Origin: Verrucomicrobia bacterium UBA1200
Lineage (GTDB): Bacteria; Verrucomicrobiota; Kiritimatiellia; RFP12; UBA1067
Length of the DNA: 64,000 nt
Direction: 5' to 3'
Assembly (NCBI GenBank): GCA_002309765.1
Contig: DBXY01000017.1
Span: 52,820 to 116,819 of the forward strand
Position numbers and translations under genes: made by a program. The stretch's first letter is position 1; each line of letters begins with the position of its first letter. Positions 1 through 9,072 of this stretch are shown piece by piece. A model generated the notes under the pieces. That model saw only the letters and a list, made by a program, of their open reading frames with translations. It did not search any database and had not been told where the DNA came from.

Positions 1-1517
1 GTGTCGCTGCAAGTGTCGGTTATTTTCGCCTTCAGGATATTTCTCGTCACCGATTGCGCGTGCTTAAATTTTTCTTCGCCGTGGTAGTTGGCCTGCGACT
101 CATGCTCCCAATACGATGGGAAAGACGGGCCGAGACCGTAAATCGATTTGTGCGTGCGGGTTTGCTGGAAAAGCGGAACAGCCAACAACGGCGCCAGTGA
201 AAAATATACCGACTTGAAAAAATCATTGTTGAAATCCAGAAACTTTCGCCGGATCTGGTCATAGTCATAATCATAGAACTGGCTGGGATCGGTATCGATA
301 CGGGTGTTGGCCAAATGCTTTGGTACCACCTTGTTGATTTTCCGGCGCTTCTCCATCAGGAAATCATCGCCGTATCCGATTCGCTTGGGATCTTTAAGCA
401 GCAGTATCATCTGCTGTTGCGCCAACGGAGTAAAAAGCATCCTGAAATGCACCTCGCTGCTGCGGTTGGTGCAGTTGAAGAGCACCTCGAACTCTTTGTT
501 CGCCATCATGGTGAAATTATTGTCGTCGTCGAGATTCCTTGAGAAACTCTCCAACTTTTTAACCGCCCGATCCTTTTTGCGACGGTCCCAGAAACCGTCA
601 CCGACATTGGCCAGTCCGGACGGTCTTCTGGAAAAACTCAATTCCGGCGTGGCGTCGTTTCCAAACAGCAGGAACTTTTCCTCGGAGTAAACCGGGATGG
701 GTTTGTCCACCGAAGCGTACAGCGTTTGCGAACGGGTTACGGTACGCGGGCGTCCCTCGGAGTCGGACACGGTTTCCCGCCAAGAAATACGCAAACTGCC
801 GTGATAGGTTTTGGTTCCGGTCGACTTGCGCAGCGTCTGCGCCACCACAAACGGGTTGCCGTTGATTTCGCCGCTCTGCGAGCATAAGACAGATCGGTCC
901 GGATCTTCAAAGCAGTCCCAGCCGAAATCTTCGACCAACTCCGTCATCCGGCTTTCGTTGAAATAAGGGTCGAGCTTGATGCGCGGCACGGTTTGTTCCA
1001 CCAGTCGCGCGGTATGATCCCAATCGAAAAGCGCGTTCAGCGGGGCCATCTGATCCCACGCTTTTGTTTTTACGGTCTTAATCTTTTCCTGCAGCGAGGC
1101 AAGCGCGGAACGGCGCGACTTGATCGACGGGGAAAGGCAGAAAAAGCAAAGCGCTGCCGCCGCCACGCCGACAAGCAACACGATTATGGTAATGCCCGAA
1201 TCGTCAAACAACGAGTCGAACGGGAAACTAAACAAATCGCTATCGGCAAGAAAATTCCAAAACAATACCCCCGCCGCGGCAATCCACGCCAGCGTCAACA
1301 ACGTTCGAAAGGATTGCAGACAATCCAACTTTGACTGCACCTTTTCGGCGGAGGTATTTAATTGGCGCAATTCCGCTAAGGTTTTACGGTTTTCGCGGAC
1401 ATCGATTCCGGACTCGCGAACCAGCCCGTCAAACATTGCCTCCGCATTTTTTGCGAAGGCATCGCGAAACTCGCCATCGAACCGCCCCAGCGGCTCATAG
1501 ACATCAGCTTCAATCAA
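1..1517 (-). CDS. Hypothetical membrane protein immediately downstream of lemA; C-terminal end cut by the window edge
   Basis: Absent from the ORF track because it has no stop inside the window. My own minus-strand translation from 1517 to 1 is open throughout (LIEADVYEPLGRFDGEF...TLLTLAWIAAAGVLFWNFL...ITIIVLLVGVAAAALCFFCL...QANYHGEEKFKHAQSV). Two hydrophobic helices near the N-terminus. Start uncertain: TTG at 1517 overlapping the lemA stop (TTGA), or ATG at 1436. Confidence 0.55.
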   Translation of the reverse strand, partial: MIEADVYEPLGRFDGEFRDAFAKNAEAMFDGLVRESGIDVRENRKTLAELRQLNTSAEKVQSKLDCLQSFRTLLTLAWIAAAGVLFWNFLADSDLFSFPFDSLFDDSGITIIVLLVGVAAAALCFFCLSPSIKSRRSALASLQEKIKTVKTKAWDQMAPLNALFDWDHTARLVEQTVPRIKLDPYFNESRMTELVEDFGWDCFEDPDRSVLCSQSGEINGNPFVVAQTLRKSTGTKTYHGSLRISWRETVSDSEGRPRTVTRSQTLYASVDKPIPVYSEEKFLLFGNDATPELSFSRRPSGLANVGDGFWDRRKKDRAVKKLESFSRNLDDDNNFTMMANKEFEVLFNCTNRSSEVHFRMLFTPLAQQQMILLLKDPKRIGYGDDFLMEKRRKINKVVPKHLANTRIDTDPSQFYDYDYDQIRRKFLDFNNDFFKSVYFSLAPLLAVPLFQQTRTHKSIYGLGPSFPSYWEHESQANYHGEEKFKHAQSVTRNILKAKITDTCSD

Positions 1518-2182
1518 AAGAAGGTGCCTCTGGCTTTGGCCTTGGTTTCAGCCGAGGCCGTAAACGGAATACGTGTGGTGTAACCTTGGCGGGCGGCGAC
1601 GATCATCTTGGTCGGCCAAGAGAAGATGTCGCTGTTCCATTGGGTTACCGTGTCGTTGTATAGCGCGCGGGCGGCGGTGATCTCTTTCTGAAGATAGCTG
1701 TTCTGCTGCATCGCGTCCGCGATCGCCTGATGGGCCTTAAGCTCCGGATAAGCCTCAACCTGCGGGAACAAGCGTCCGAACGCGGTGTCGAGCTGCTGCG
1801 ACACTACGTTGCGCTGGGCATCGTTCGCCGCGCGTCCGCCGCCGCGATAGGCCGCCACCGCCGTCATCACGTCCTTGTCCAGATCAATTGCCTTGGTCAC
1901 CAGCGGAGCGACGTTCTGCAAAATCTGCACCCGCTGCTCAAGGTAATTGTCAATCTGGGAAGCGTCTGCCTGAATCTTCTGTTGAAGCTTGCGCAGGTAA
2001 TTGTGCGCCCCGATTTTCATAAAGAGGAAAATCAGCCCCGGAATAATCCCGAGTACCCAAAGCATAATCTCAAACAACACGGAGCCAAAGCCTACCTTAA
2101 CCGGGATCTGCCGTTCAATGACGTTAATATCGCGCCCCGCGCCGTTCACCGGTCCAGTCAACTCGTCCAACTCGTTTGCCAT
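1514..2182 (-). CDS. lemA: LemA family membrane protein
   Basis: 222 aa. One N-terminal TM helix (VLFEIMLWVLGIIPGLIFLF) followed by a helical domain with LemA-type motifs (NYLEQRVQILQNVAPLV, YPELKAHQ, LQKEITAARALYNDTV). AAGGAG lies 7 nt upstream of the ATG at 2182. Confidence 0.88.
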   Translation of the reverse strand: MANELDELTGPVNGAGRDINVIERQIPVKVGFGSVLFEIMLWVLGIIPGLIFLFMKIGAHNYLRKLQQKIQADASQIDNYLEQRVQILQNVAPLVTKAIDLDKDVMTAVAAYRGGGRAANDAQRNVVSQQLDTAFGRLFPQVEAYPELKAHQAIADAMQQNSYLQKEITAARALYNDTVTQWNSDIFSWPTKMIVAARQGYTTRIPFTASAETKAKARGTFF

Positions 2183-2233
2183 ATCCGTTCTCCTTTTTAC
2201 CGTTTAACCACAAAAAAACGAATCCGCTTCGCC

Positions 2234-3436
2234 TTACACCTTTGCCAATTTTTCTTCCGCCGCAGACTTTGCCCATTCTGACGCGGCGAAAATCTGCTCC
2301 AGCGTATCGCCGGGCAGTACGCGGTGATCGGACATCACCGCCTCGACCAGCCGCCAAATTCCGGCGAAAGTAATCCGCCCCGCCAAAAAGGCGGCAACCG
2401 CCACCTCGTCGGCCGCGTTCAGCACCGCCGGCATCGTTCCGCCGGCGACCATCGCCTCCCGCGCTAACCGCAGGCACGGGAAACGCTTCTCGTCGGGCTT
2501 GCCGAAGGTAAGCCCGCCCAACGCAGGAAGATCAACGGCGGGCATAGGACTCGCGCACCGTTGCGGCCAGGTGAAGGCATACTGGATCGGGTAGCGCATA
2601 TCCGGCGGCGCCAGCTGCGCCACGGTTGACCCGTCGATAAAGGTCACCATCGAATGGATGATGCTTTGCGGATGTACCACCACTTCAATGTCACGCACCG
2701 GCACATTGAACAGCCATCCCGCCTCCATGATCTCCAAGCCCTTGTTCATCATCGTGGCGGAATCCACGGTCACCTTCGGCCCCATAGCCCAACGCGGATG
2801 GTTGAGCGCCTCGAACACCTTGACTCGCTCGAAATCGACCTCCGGCCGCAACGCAAAAGGCCCACCGGACGCGGTAAGCACCAACGAGCGCACGGATTTC
2901 TCGGAGGCCTCTGCCCCGGCGAAAACTCCGTTGCGCACGCATGACGGTACGGCCCGGGAATCCTGCAACGCTTGGAAAATCGCGCTGTGTTCACTGTCCA
3001 CCGGCACCAGCAGACTGCCGGTCTCCCGGCAAGCGGCGGTAACCAGCCCACCAGCCGCGACCAACACCTCTTTGTTGGCCAGCGCGATCCGGCGGCCAAG
3101 ACGCACCGCCGCCATGGTCGGTTTCAGACCGGACATCCCGACCATCGCCGAAAGCACGATATCCACTCCGTCCAATGCCGCAAGTTCGCAAACCCCGGAC
3201 TCCCCGGCCAGAACCCGAATCCCGTGGGGACGGGCAAGCTCCTCGGCCCGGCGGGCGGCGGCAGGATCGCCCACCGCCACGGTCGGCACCCGAAATTCAA
3301 CCGCCTGCTCGATTAACCGTTCCACTTTTGAACGGGCGGCCAAACCCGCCACACGGTGTTCCGGCCCCAGTGCCGACAGCACCCGCAGTGCGTTCTCGCC
3401 AATCGATCCCGTACTTCCAAGCAAAACGTAGTTCAT
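2234..3436 (-). CDS. dxr: 1-deoxy-D-xylulose-5-phosphate reductoisomerase
   Basis: 400 aa. N-terminal GSTGSIG NADPH-binding motif, plus LANKE and VPVDSEHSAIFQ, in the length and order typical of Dxr/IspC. Confidence 0.96.
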   Translation of the reverse strand: MNYVLLGSTGSIGENALRVLSALGPEHRVAGLAARSKVERLIEQAVEFRVPTVAVGDPAAARRAEELARPHGIRVLAGESGVCELAALDGVDIVLSAMVGMSGLKPTMAAVRLGRRIALANKEVLVAAGGLVTAACRETGSLLVPVDSEHSAIFQALQDSRAVPSCVRNGVFAGAEASEKSVRSLVLTASGGPFALRPEVDFERVKVFEALNHPRWAMGPKVTVDSATMMNKGLEIMEAGWLFNVPVRDIEVVVHPQSIIHSMVTFIDGSTVAQLAPPDMRYPIQYAFTWPQRCASPMPAVDLPALGGLTFGKPDEKRFPCLRLAREAMVAGGTMPAVLNAADEVAVAAFLAGRITFAGIWRLVEAVMSDHRVLPGDTLEQIFAASEWAKSAAEEKLAKV

Positions 3437-3441
3437 CTGGA

Positions 3442-5139
3442 CTACTCCGTAACTCTGAACTTGAAGCAGCGTGAGGTTGCTACCGAAATTCCGGTTTTAA
3501 TCACCCGGAGCCCTACCACCGCGTCGCCGGCGCTACCGGCCGGGAAAAGTTTCGGATCGGCTTTAAGCAAGAAACCCCGCCGACCGTTCTCGTCCGGCAT
3601 ATTGACCGTTACCTGCAACCCCGATTCCGGCCACACCACGTAAGGCTCGTAAATCTCCTCCCACGATTTGGTCATATACGGCGAAGAAACGTCCAGCGCC
3701 CCGCCGGCCTTGGCGGAGATTCTTGCCGTAAAGTTTGAAGCCACATTCAAAACGCGGAACTTTGCCACCCTGCCTAAGGCATAGTCAAGCCCCATCGCCT
3801 TGGGCAACGATTGGCCGTCACGCTCCTGCCGCACCGGCTCCACCGGACGGACAATGGTCTCGCCATTCACATTGGCGGACGCCGCCATATCCAGCGAGAA
3901 AGAAGTTTTCGGATAGCGGTGGCTATCGGTGGAAACCGTCATCACGCCCTTGCTCTCACCGGCGGGAATGTAGCCGCCCTCAAAGCAAATTCCCAACGGC
4001 GGGTAGCTCAAAAAAACCTGTATCGGCCCGGTATAGCCGTTCTGCCGTTCCGCTTGCAGCCACACCAATCCGCTGCCGCCGGCGGGAATACTGACCGACG
4101 CCGGCGACATCCAAACCCGGAAATCCGGGGCGGGCGGCAAATCGGAAATTAACTTGAAATCCAGTCCCGGCAAAGCCAGCGAATCACCAAAAATCGCCTC
4201 GCGGCACAGGGCTTCGTCCTTGCCGCCGGTAAATAGCCGGATCCGGTTTTGCGGCAGATTGAACCCGTCCAGCGACACGTTGGTACTGGAACCCTTTTTC
4301 GCCTCCGTCGGCGAGATGCCGGTGATAAGCGGTAGCTTTCCAAGCAGCACCCGGTAAACCGCCGAATTGATATTGTTGGTGACGGAAGTGCCAACCCGGA
4401 GTTTATAAACCCCGGTTTCGGGAATGGTCAACACCTTGGCGGACAGACCGCGGCCCAACTCGAATTTCTCCGATTTGCAAAGGCTGTCATCCGCCCCGTA
4501 GAAATTCAGTTTGGGAGTGGCCGATGAACTCGTAAACGGACGCGTTTGCCAGACCGGATAAGCCACAATCTGCTCGCCGGCAGTGGCTTGGAATCTGTAA
4601 AAATCCGCACTTTTACGGGTCAATCCGGCGCTACCGTTTAGGCACACCGGCAACGGCCCCGCGTCCCGGACACTGGACCGGTCTCTTGCGGTAATCGGCT
4701 CCGTCAATTCGCGCATCGCCCGGACATCGAACATCAGCGGTTCGCAAATCCGGACCGGATTGCAAATACGCAACTCCCTGATCCCCGGTTTCGCGTCAGG
4801 CTCAATGACCACTTTGAACCGATGGACCGGCAAACGCGCCTTGACAAGGTTGGTTTCGGATGTTCTCCCGATATAAACCGCGCGAACCCCCTCGCCGCTG
4901 ACAATGGCGGAATTCACCGTTTCCAAATTCACACCGCCCACCCGGACTTCGAACTCGCTTCCAGGCTCGCCCCCGGAAGGATAGACGTAATTGCATTGCG
5001 GCGAGATGGTCTTGTGCATGGGTGGGGAAAACGCCAACGCCGTGCCCAAGCCGGCAAAACCCGCCGCCCAAATTACGGTGCGACGGATTCTCCTGGCTAA
5101 TGCAAGGTCAATTCGTTTATTGCGAGTGGTCATCATCAA
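3442..5139 (-). CDS. Exported protein of unknown function with beta-sandwich (Ig-like) segments and a PPC-like segment
   Basis: 565 aa. N-terminal anchor/signal (RRTVIWAAGFAGLGTALA). One segment resembles a pre-peptidase C-terminal domain (SADFYRFQATAGEQIV). Gaps of 16 nt to the upstream transglutaminase-like gene and 5 nt to dxr. Confidence 0.5.
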   Translation of the reverse strand: MMMTTRNKRIDLALARRIRRTVIWAAGFAGLGTALAFSPPMHKTISPQCNYVYPSGGEPGSEFEVRVGGVNLETVNSAIVSGEGVRAVYIGRTSETNLVKARLPVHRFKVVIEPDAKPGIRELRICNPVRICEPLMFDVRAMRELTEPITARDRSSVRDAGPLPVCLNGSAGLTRKSADFYRFQATAGEQIVAYPVWQTRPFTSSSATPKLNFYGADDSLCKSEKFELGRGLSAKVLTIPETGVYKLRVGTSVTNNINSAVYRVLLGKLPLITGISPTEAKKGSSTNVSLDGFNLPQNRIRLFTGGKDEALCREAIFGDSLALPGLDFKLISDLPPAPDFRVWMSPASVSIPAGGSGLVWLQAERQNGYTGPIQVFLSYPPLGICFEGGYIPAGESKGVMTVSTDSHRYPKTSFSLDMAASANVNGETIVRPVEPVRQERDGQSLPKAMGLDYALGRVAKFRVLNVASNFTARISAKAGGALDVSSPYMTKSWEEIYEPYVVWPESGLQVTVNMPDENGRRGFLLKADPKLFPAGSAGDAVVGLRVIKTGISVATSRCFKFRVTE

Positions 5140-5155
5140 AGCCGATTGTTCTAGG

Positions 5156-8100
5156 TTATTTTGACTTGGCGTAAATAACGGTGCGCATCGAAGGATGCGA
5201 AAGGATACGGTTGTACTCCATCAGCGCGGGATAAAGCTCCGGGGGCAGCTCTCCGGCAGAGTATGAAACCTGGCGCCGGAAATGCAGCACGGTCCGACCG
5301 TCCCCGCCCTTCTCCTCATCCACCGTAAAGTCCAACGTTCCGGTGCCGTTAGGCATTTCCCAGTTCTTACCCTCGGGAAGCATCTGCCGCACACCGTAAC
5401 CGGGCGGAAGGGTCAGTTCGCAAACCCATTCGCTGGTGGAGTTGGAACGAAGGAACATCGGGGTCTGGCGGGTATCGTCGCGGAACGGGAAAACCGCGAC
5501 CGACGCGCCCGGAAGCTGCACCGTAATCACACCATCTTTGACCACCGCGAAGTTCGGCACTTTCACCTGATAAGTGCGCACACCGGGATAACTCTTCGTG
5601 TCGGTCTCCAAATCGGTGAGCGGCACCGCCGCTTTGGCAACCGCACCGACCAGTTCCAAATAATGACGGCGGCGGTCTTCTGGCAGCATCTCGTCGTATT
5701 GGCGCCGGAATGCGCCGACACTCGTGCCGTAGAATCGGTCGGTAACGGTAATCACGGCATCTCCGTTTTCGGAGAGATCAATCCGAAGTTCGTCGTAATC
5801 GCGGTTCTGCAACGGTTCCGCGACTTCCAATTGCTCGATGCGGCCTTTTCCGTTAAGCGCGTAAGCACCGTTAAGCGCCGAGGTCCCCAATTCGCTGTAC
5901 TGGTCACCTTCGTTAAGCAACCAAGTCTGGCCCTTGCAGCGGACCCGGACCACCGGGCTGGCGAAATAGCCGATTTGCGGAACTTCGCGGCTGGGATAAC
6001 CGTACTCCGGGTACATCGTGGTGTCACCGGACGCAAACAACACTTCCGCGTCAAAACCCGCCGCGTCCAACATCTCCCGCAGCAACAACGCGCGGTCGGC
6101 GGCATGGCCGTACTGGTCGGCCAACGTCTTGTCGGGGCTGGAGAAAGCGCAATCCGACGGAAGCCCGAGGAACGACGGCCCCGCCACGCGGATGGTGCGC
6201 ATCACTTCATTGCGGACCGCCAGCAGCCGTTCACGGGGATCGCGAAGGTCTTTTACCAACTCCTTGGCGCGGCGACGGGCTTCGCGGCTCTCGCCGGCGG
6301 CGGAATTCATTGCTTTGCTGAGCCGCGCGGCATGCGCTTTCCAGTCACCGCAGGACACATAAACCGCGGGCTGGAAGAAGTGCCACGGGGATTGCGAGGA
6401 CTCGTCCTTAACCGCGGGATGCGGCGCGGCGAGCGACCACGTGACGGAGTAACGCTGCGGATCGGAATCGTCAACCGTCTCCACCAACCCTTCGCCGTTG
6501 TAGGTGAAAACCGCCGGATCGCCCAGCGATTTCGGATAATTCAAGGTGTAACTCTCTTCCGCCACCGGAATGCCGCCGCCGAAAGTGTGGCAATGCGAAT
6601 AGAAATAACCATTCTTCTTGGTAACGCGGGTATGCACGGTCACCACGCTGCCCACCTCAACGCCGGGCAGGCTGATCACCTCCTGCTTGGCTCCGGGATA
6701 ACGCGGCGCCGACCCGACCCAAGACGGATCCATCATATTGATTTCCTTCGGGGTGACGTTTTTAACCTCGCCGGTCACATTGGAAACCGTAGCCGAAACC
6801 AGCTCCACCGTCTGCCACACGGGGTTGAAGCTAATGATGACTTCGGAACCCTTCTTCTTGCCGTTGTAGGTGAGAATGCGCTTCGACCAAATGTGGTCGG
6901 TGGTGTATTCGCTGCCGGAATCAAGCGTGACCACCGTGCGGTCAAACAGCACCTCCTGATCCGGCATATCTCCGCCACTGGCGGCAAACAACGGGCGCTC
7001 CCGTCCTGCGGCCTCGATGGCCTTCAAATCTTCTTTCAGCTCCAGATACTGCGCCGGCGAAAATTCGGTACCGGTAATCAAGTGTTCGCGGGTGGCGGTC
7101 AGGGCTCCGCCGTCAAATTTGACCGAAGAGTTGTACACCAACCCGTTTCGGGAAATCGACACCGGCGAAGGCAACTGGCGCGGCTCGCCCATCGCGCCGG
7201 ACAGTCCCAGACGGATCGTCTCCTTAACCCCGCACGGGACTTCGGTCTCCATCGGATAACGGCGTTTAGGCAGACCGGTCGCGCCGATGATGAAATTGAC
7301 GTAACCGAAAGCGCCGCTGAGCCAAGGCAAGTTCAGCATATCTGCACCCTCTCCCCGCACCGGATAATCCGGCACCCGCGTGGTGAGGCGGATCGAAACC
7401 GGGATTTCGGTGTTCTGCAAATCTTTCGGGGAAATCTCGCAAACCAGCACTTCGGCGCCGGGCAAACGGGATTTCAGCATCCGCTCAAAGAACCTGCGTC
7501 GGTCTTCCTCCTTATGGCGCAAGAAATAGCCGCGATAAACCGTGTCGTTAACCCCGTTCAACTTTAGGTCAGAGTTAAACAGAATTGAACCGTTCCGTTC
7601 GATTGTTCCAGAAGTCTCAATCGTGAGCAGGTTCTTTTCGGCGGGATAAACCGGCGAGACCAGCAGCGTTTCGCCCTCCGGGCGGGCCACTAGATAACTT
7701 TTGTTGCACAGATAGGCCGGAAAGATGTCACGCGTGCTTTCGTTGGTCGAGTCCATAAGCATGTAGCCGCCCTTTTCGTCGTCCACCGCGGTAATCGCGT
7801 GGTTGAAGTACGGCATAGGCGCGTCCGGGTCGCGTTTCGCTCCGACATGGATTAGCACCGGGTAGGCTTGTATGCCGGCCACCCGCAACAACGCGGCCAG
7901 CAACGCCGCCTTGTCTCGGCACACGCCGTAACGGTTCTTGAAGGTCATGCTTACGTCGTGCGGCTCGTAACCCGGCGCCACATCTTCGGTAGTGATGCCC
8001 ATGTAGCGGATTTCCTGCGAAACGAACTTGAAGATGCGGCGGATTTTCTCGTCGCGGTTTTCCGCTCCTGCCACCAGCTTAGCCACGTATTCCCGCATCT

Positions 8101-8947
8101 CCGGGGTGATTTTCTCCAACTGCGGCTCGCAAAGTCCCCAGTACCACTTGGAAATGTCCTTCCAACTGCCGATGGTGCTGAGCATCAACCGCTGCACCAC
8201 GGTGGACAACGGCGGCATGTCCGGTTCGGGGAAGATCTGCGGCACGTTGCGGATTGTCCAAACGTACTCTGTCCGCCCGTCGGCCAATTGCCGCTCGGAG
8301 GAGGTCACCGTGCCCGGAACTTCGTCGCGAAGGGTTTTGTGCCGCAACGGCAGCTCCTTGGGCAGTGAAACGGTGTAGGTGTAGTCCAAAATCGGCGAGG
8401 TGTTCTCAAAGATGTTGTAGTCGCACCAGGTTCCCGGCATCCGTTTTTTAATCTCCGTGCGAACCACCACCAAATGCCGGATATCCCCCACCTCAATTCC
8501 CGGCACGGTCAGCGAAAGAATCTTGCAATCAGGATCGTAAATATTTGACCCCATCTGCGAATCGTCGACCCGGACCTTGGAATGTTCCTCGTGGTTGATC
8601 ACCACCACGCGGCCGTCCGGCTTGATCAACTCCATCCGGTACACCGCCACCGTCCCGTAATGGGCCATGAAGGACAGGTTGGCGGTTGCCGCCCCGCGCC
8701 GCCCCTTTTCGGTCAGCACTTTGTAGTACTCGTCATCCCAAGTCACCGCCTTGCCGTCCGGAGCGACCTGTTCCAGCACGGAGTCGTTAACCAGCACCTC
8801 GTCGGCATCCGGGTATTTTTCGGCGGTAACCGCCGCCGCCGAACGTACCACGGCATCGCGGTCCAAAAGGAAATTTTCCGGCGGGGTTAGTTCCGCCCGT
8901 GCGGTCCATGCGACCAAAACGGCCAACGTCAATATGTTTCTAGTCAT
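5156..8947 (-). CDS. Exported tandem DUF3857 / transglutaminase-like protein (second module lacks the catalytic residues)
   Basis: I place the start at ATG 8947 (MTRNILTLAVLVAWTARA signal peptide, GGAGGA upstream), not at the track's 9082. Module 1 has a transglutaminase-like core: YGVCRDKAALL (Cys codon 7919-7921), FNHAI, MDST. Module 2 repeats the architecture but reads YGHAADRALLL (6089-6115). Confidence 0.78.
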   Translation of the reverse strand: MTRNILTLAVLVAWTARAELTPPENFLLDRDAVVRSAAAVTAEKYPDADEVLVNDSVLEQVAPDGKAVTWDDEYYKVLTEKGRRGAATANLSFMAHYGTVAVYRMELIKPDGRVVVINHEEHSKVRVDDSQMGSNIYDPDCKILSLTVPGIEVGDIRHLVVVRTEIKKRMPGTWCDYNIFENTSPILDYTYTVSLPKELPLRHKTLRDEVPGTVTSSERQLADGRTEYVWTIRNVPQIFPEPDMPPLSTVVQRLMLSTIGSWKDISKWYWGLCEPQLEKITPEMREYVAKLVAGAENRDEKIRRIFKFVSQEIRYMGITTEDVAPGYEPHDVSMTFKNRYGVCRDKAALLAALLRVAGIQAYPVLIHVGAKRDPDAPMPYFNHAITAVDDEKGGYMLMDSTNESTRDIFPAYLCNKSYLVARPEGETLLVSPVYPAEKNLLTIETSGTIERNGSILFNSDLKLNGVNDTVYRGYFLRHKEEDRRRFFERMLKSRLPGAEVLVCEISPKDLQNTEIPVSIRLTTRVPDYPVRGEGADMLNLPWLSGAFGYVNFIIGATGLPKRRYPMETEVPCGVKETIRLGLSGAMGEPRQLPSPVSISRNGLVYNSSVKFDGGALTATREHLITGTEFSPAQYLELKEDLKAIEAAGRERPLFAASGGDMPDQEVLFDRTVVTLDSGSEYTTDHIWSKRILTYNGKKKGSEVIISFNPVWQTVELVSATVSNVTGEVKNVTPKEINMMDPSWVGSAPRYPGAKQEVISLPGVEVGSVVTVHTRVTKKNGYFYSHCHTFGGGIPVAEESYTLNYPKSLGDPAVFTYNGEGLVETVDDSDPQRYSVTWSLAAPHPAVKDESSQSPWHFFQPAVYVSCGDWKAHAARLSKAMNSAAGESREARRRAKELVKDLRDPRERLLAVRNEVMRTIRVAGPSFLGLPSDCAFSSPDKTLADQYGHAADRALLLREMLDAAGFDAEVLFASGDTTMYPEYGYPSREVPQIGYFASPVVRVRCKGQTWLLNEGDQYSELGTSALNGAYALNGKGRIEQLEVAEPLQNRDYDELRIDLSENGDAVITVTDRFYGTSVGAFRRQYDEMLPEDRRRHYLELVGAVAKAAVPLTDLETDTKSYPGVRTYQVKVPNFAVVKDGVITVQLPGASVAVFPFRDDTRQTPMFLRSNSTSEWVCELTLPPGYGVRQMLPEGKNWEMPNGTGTLDFTVDEEKGGDGRTVLHFRRQVSYSAGELPPELYPALMEYNRILSHPSMRTVIYAKSK

Positions 8948-9072
8948 TTTCTCTTTCCTCCAAAGTCCCCGCCGCCACGAACCGCGCCCTTCCCGGCCAC
9001 GGGATGGACGCGATCCGCTTCGTTCGAACCGCGGCGTCGCCCACGGGTGCCACGGCAACAAACCGTCTGGTA

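Noticed and set aside
5282-7567. 761-aa ORF on the plus strand
   Set aside because: It lies entirely antisense to the transglutaminase-like gene. Its Arg/Gly/His-rich composition, with no recognisable motifs, is typical of shadow ORFs in GC-rich DNA.
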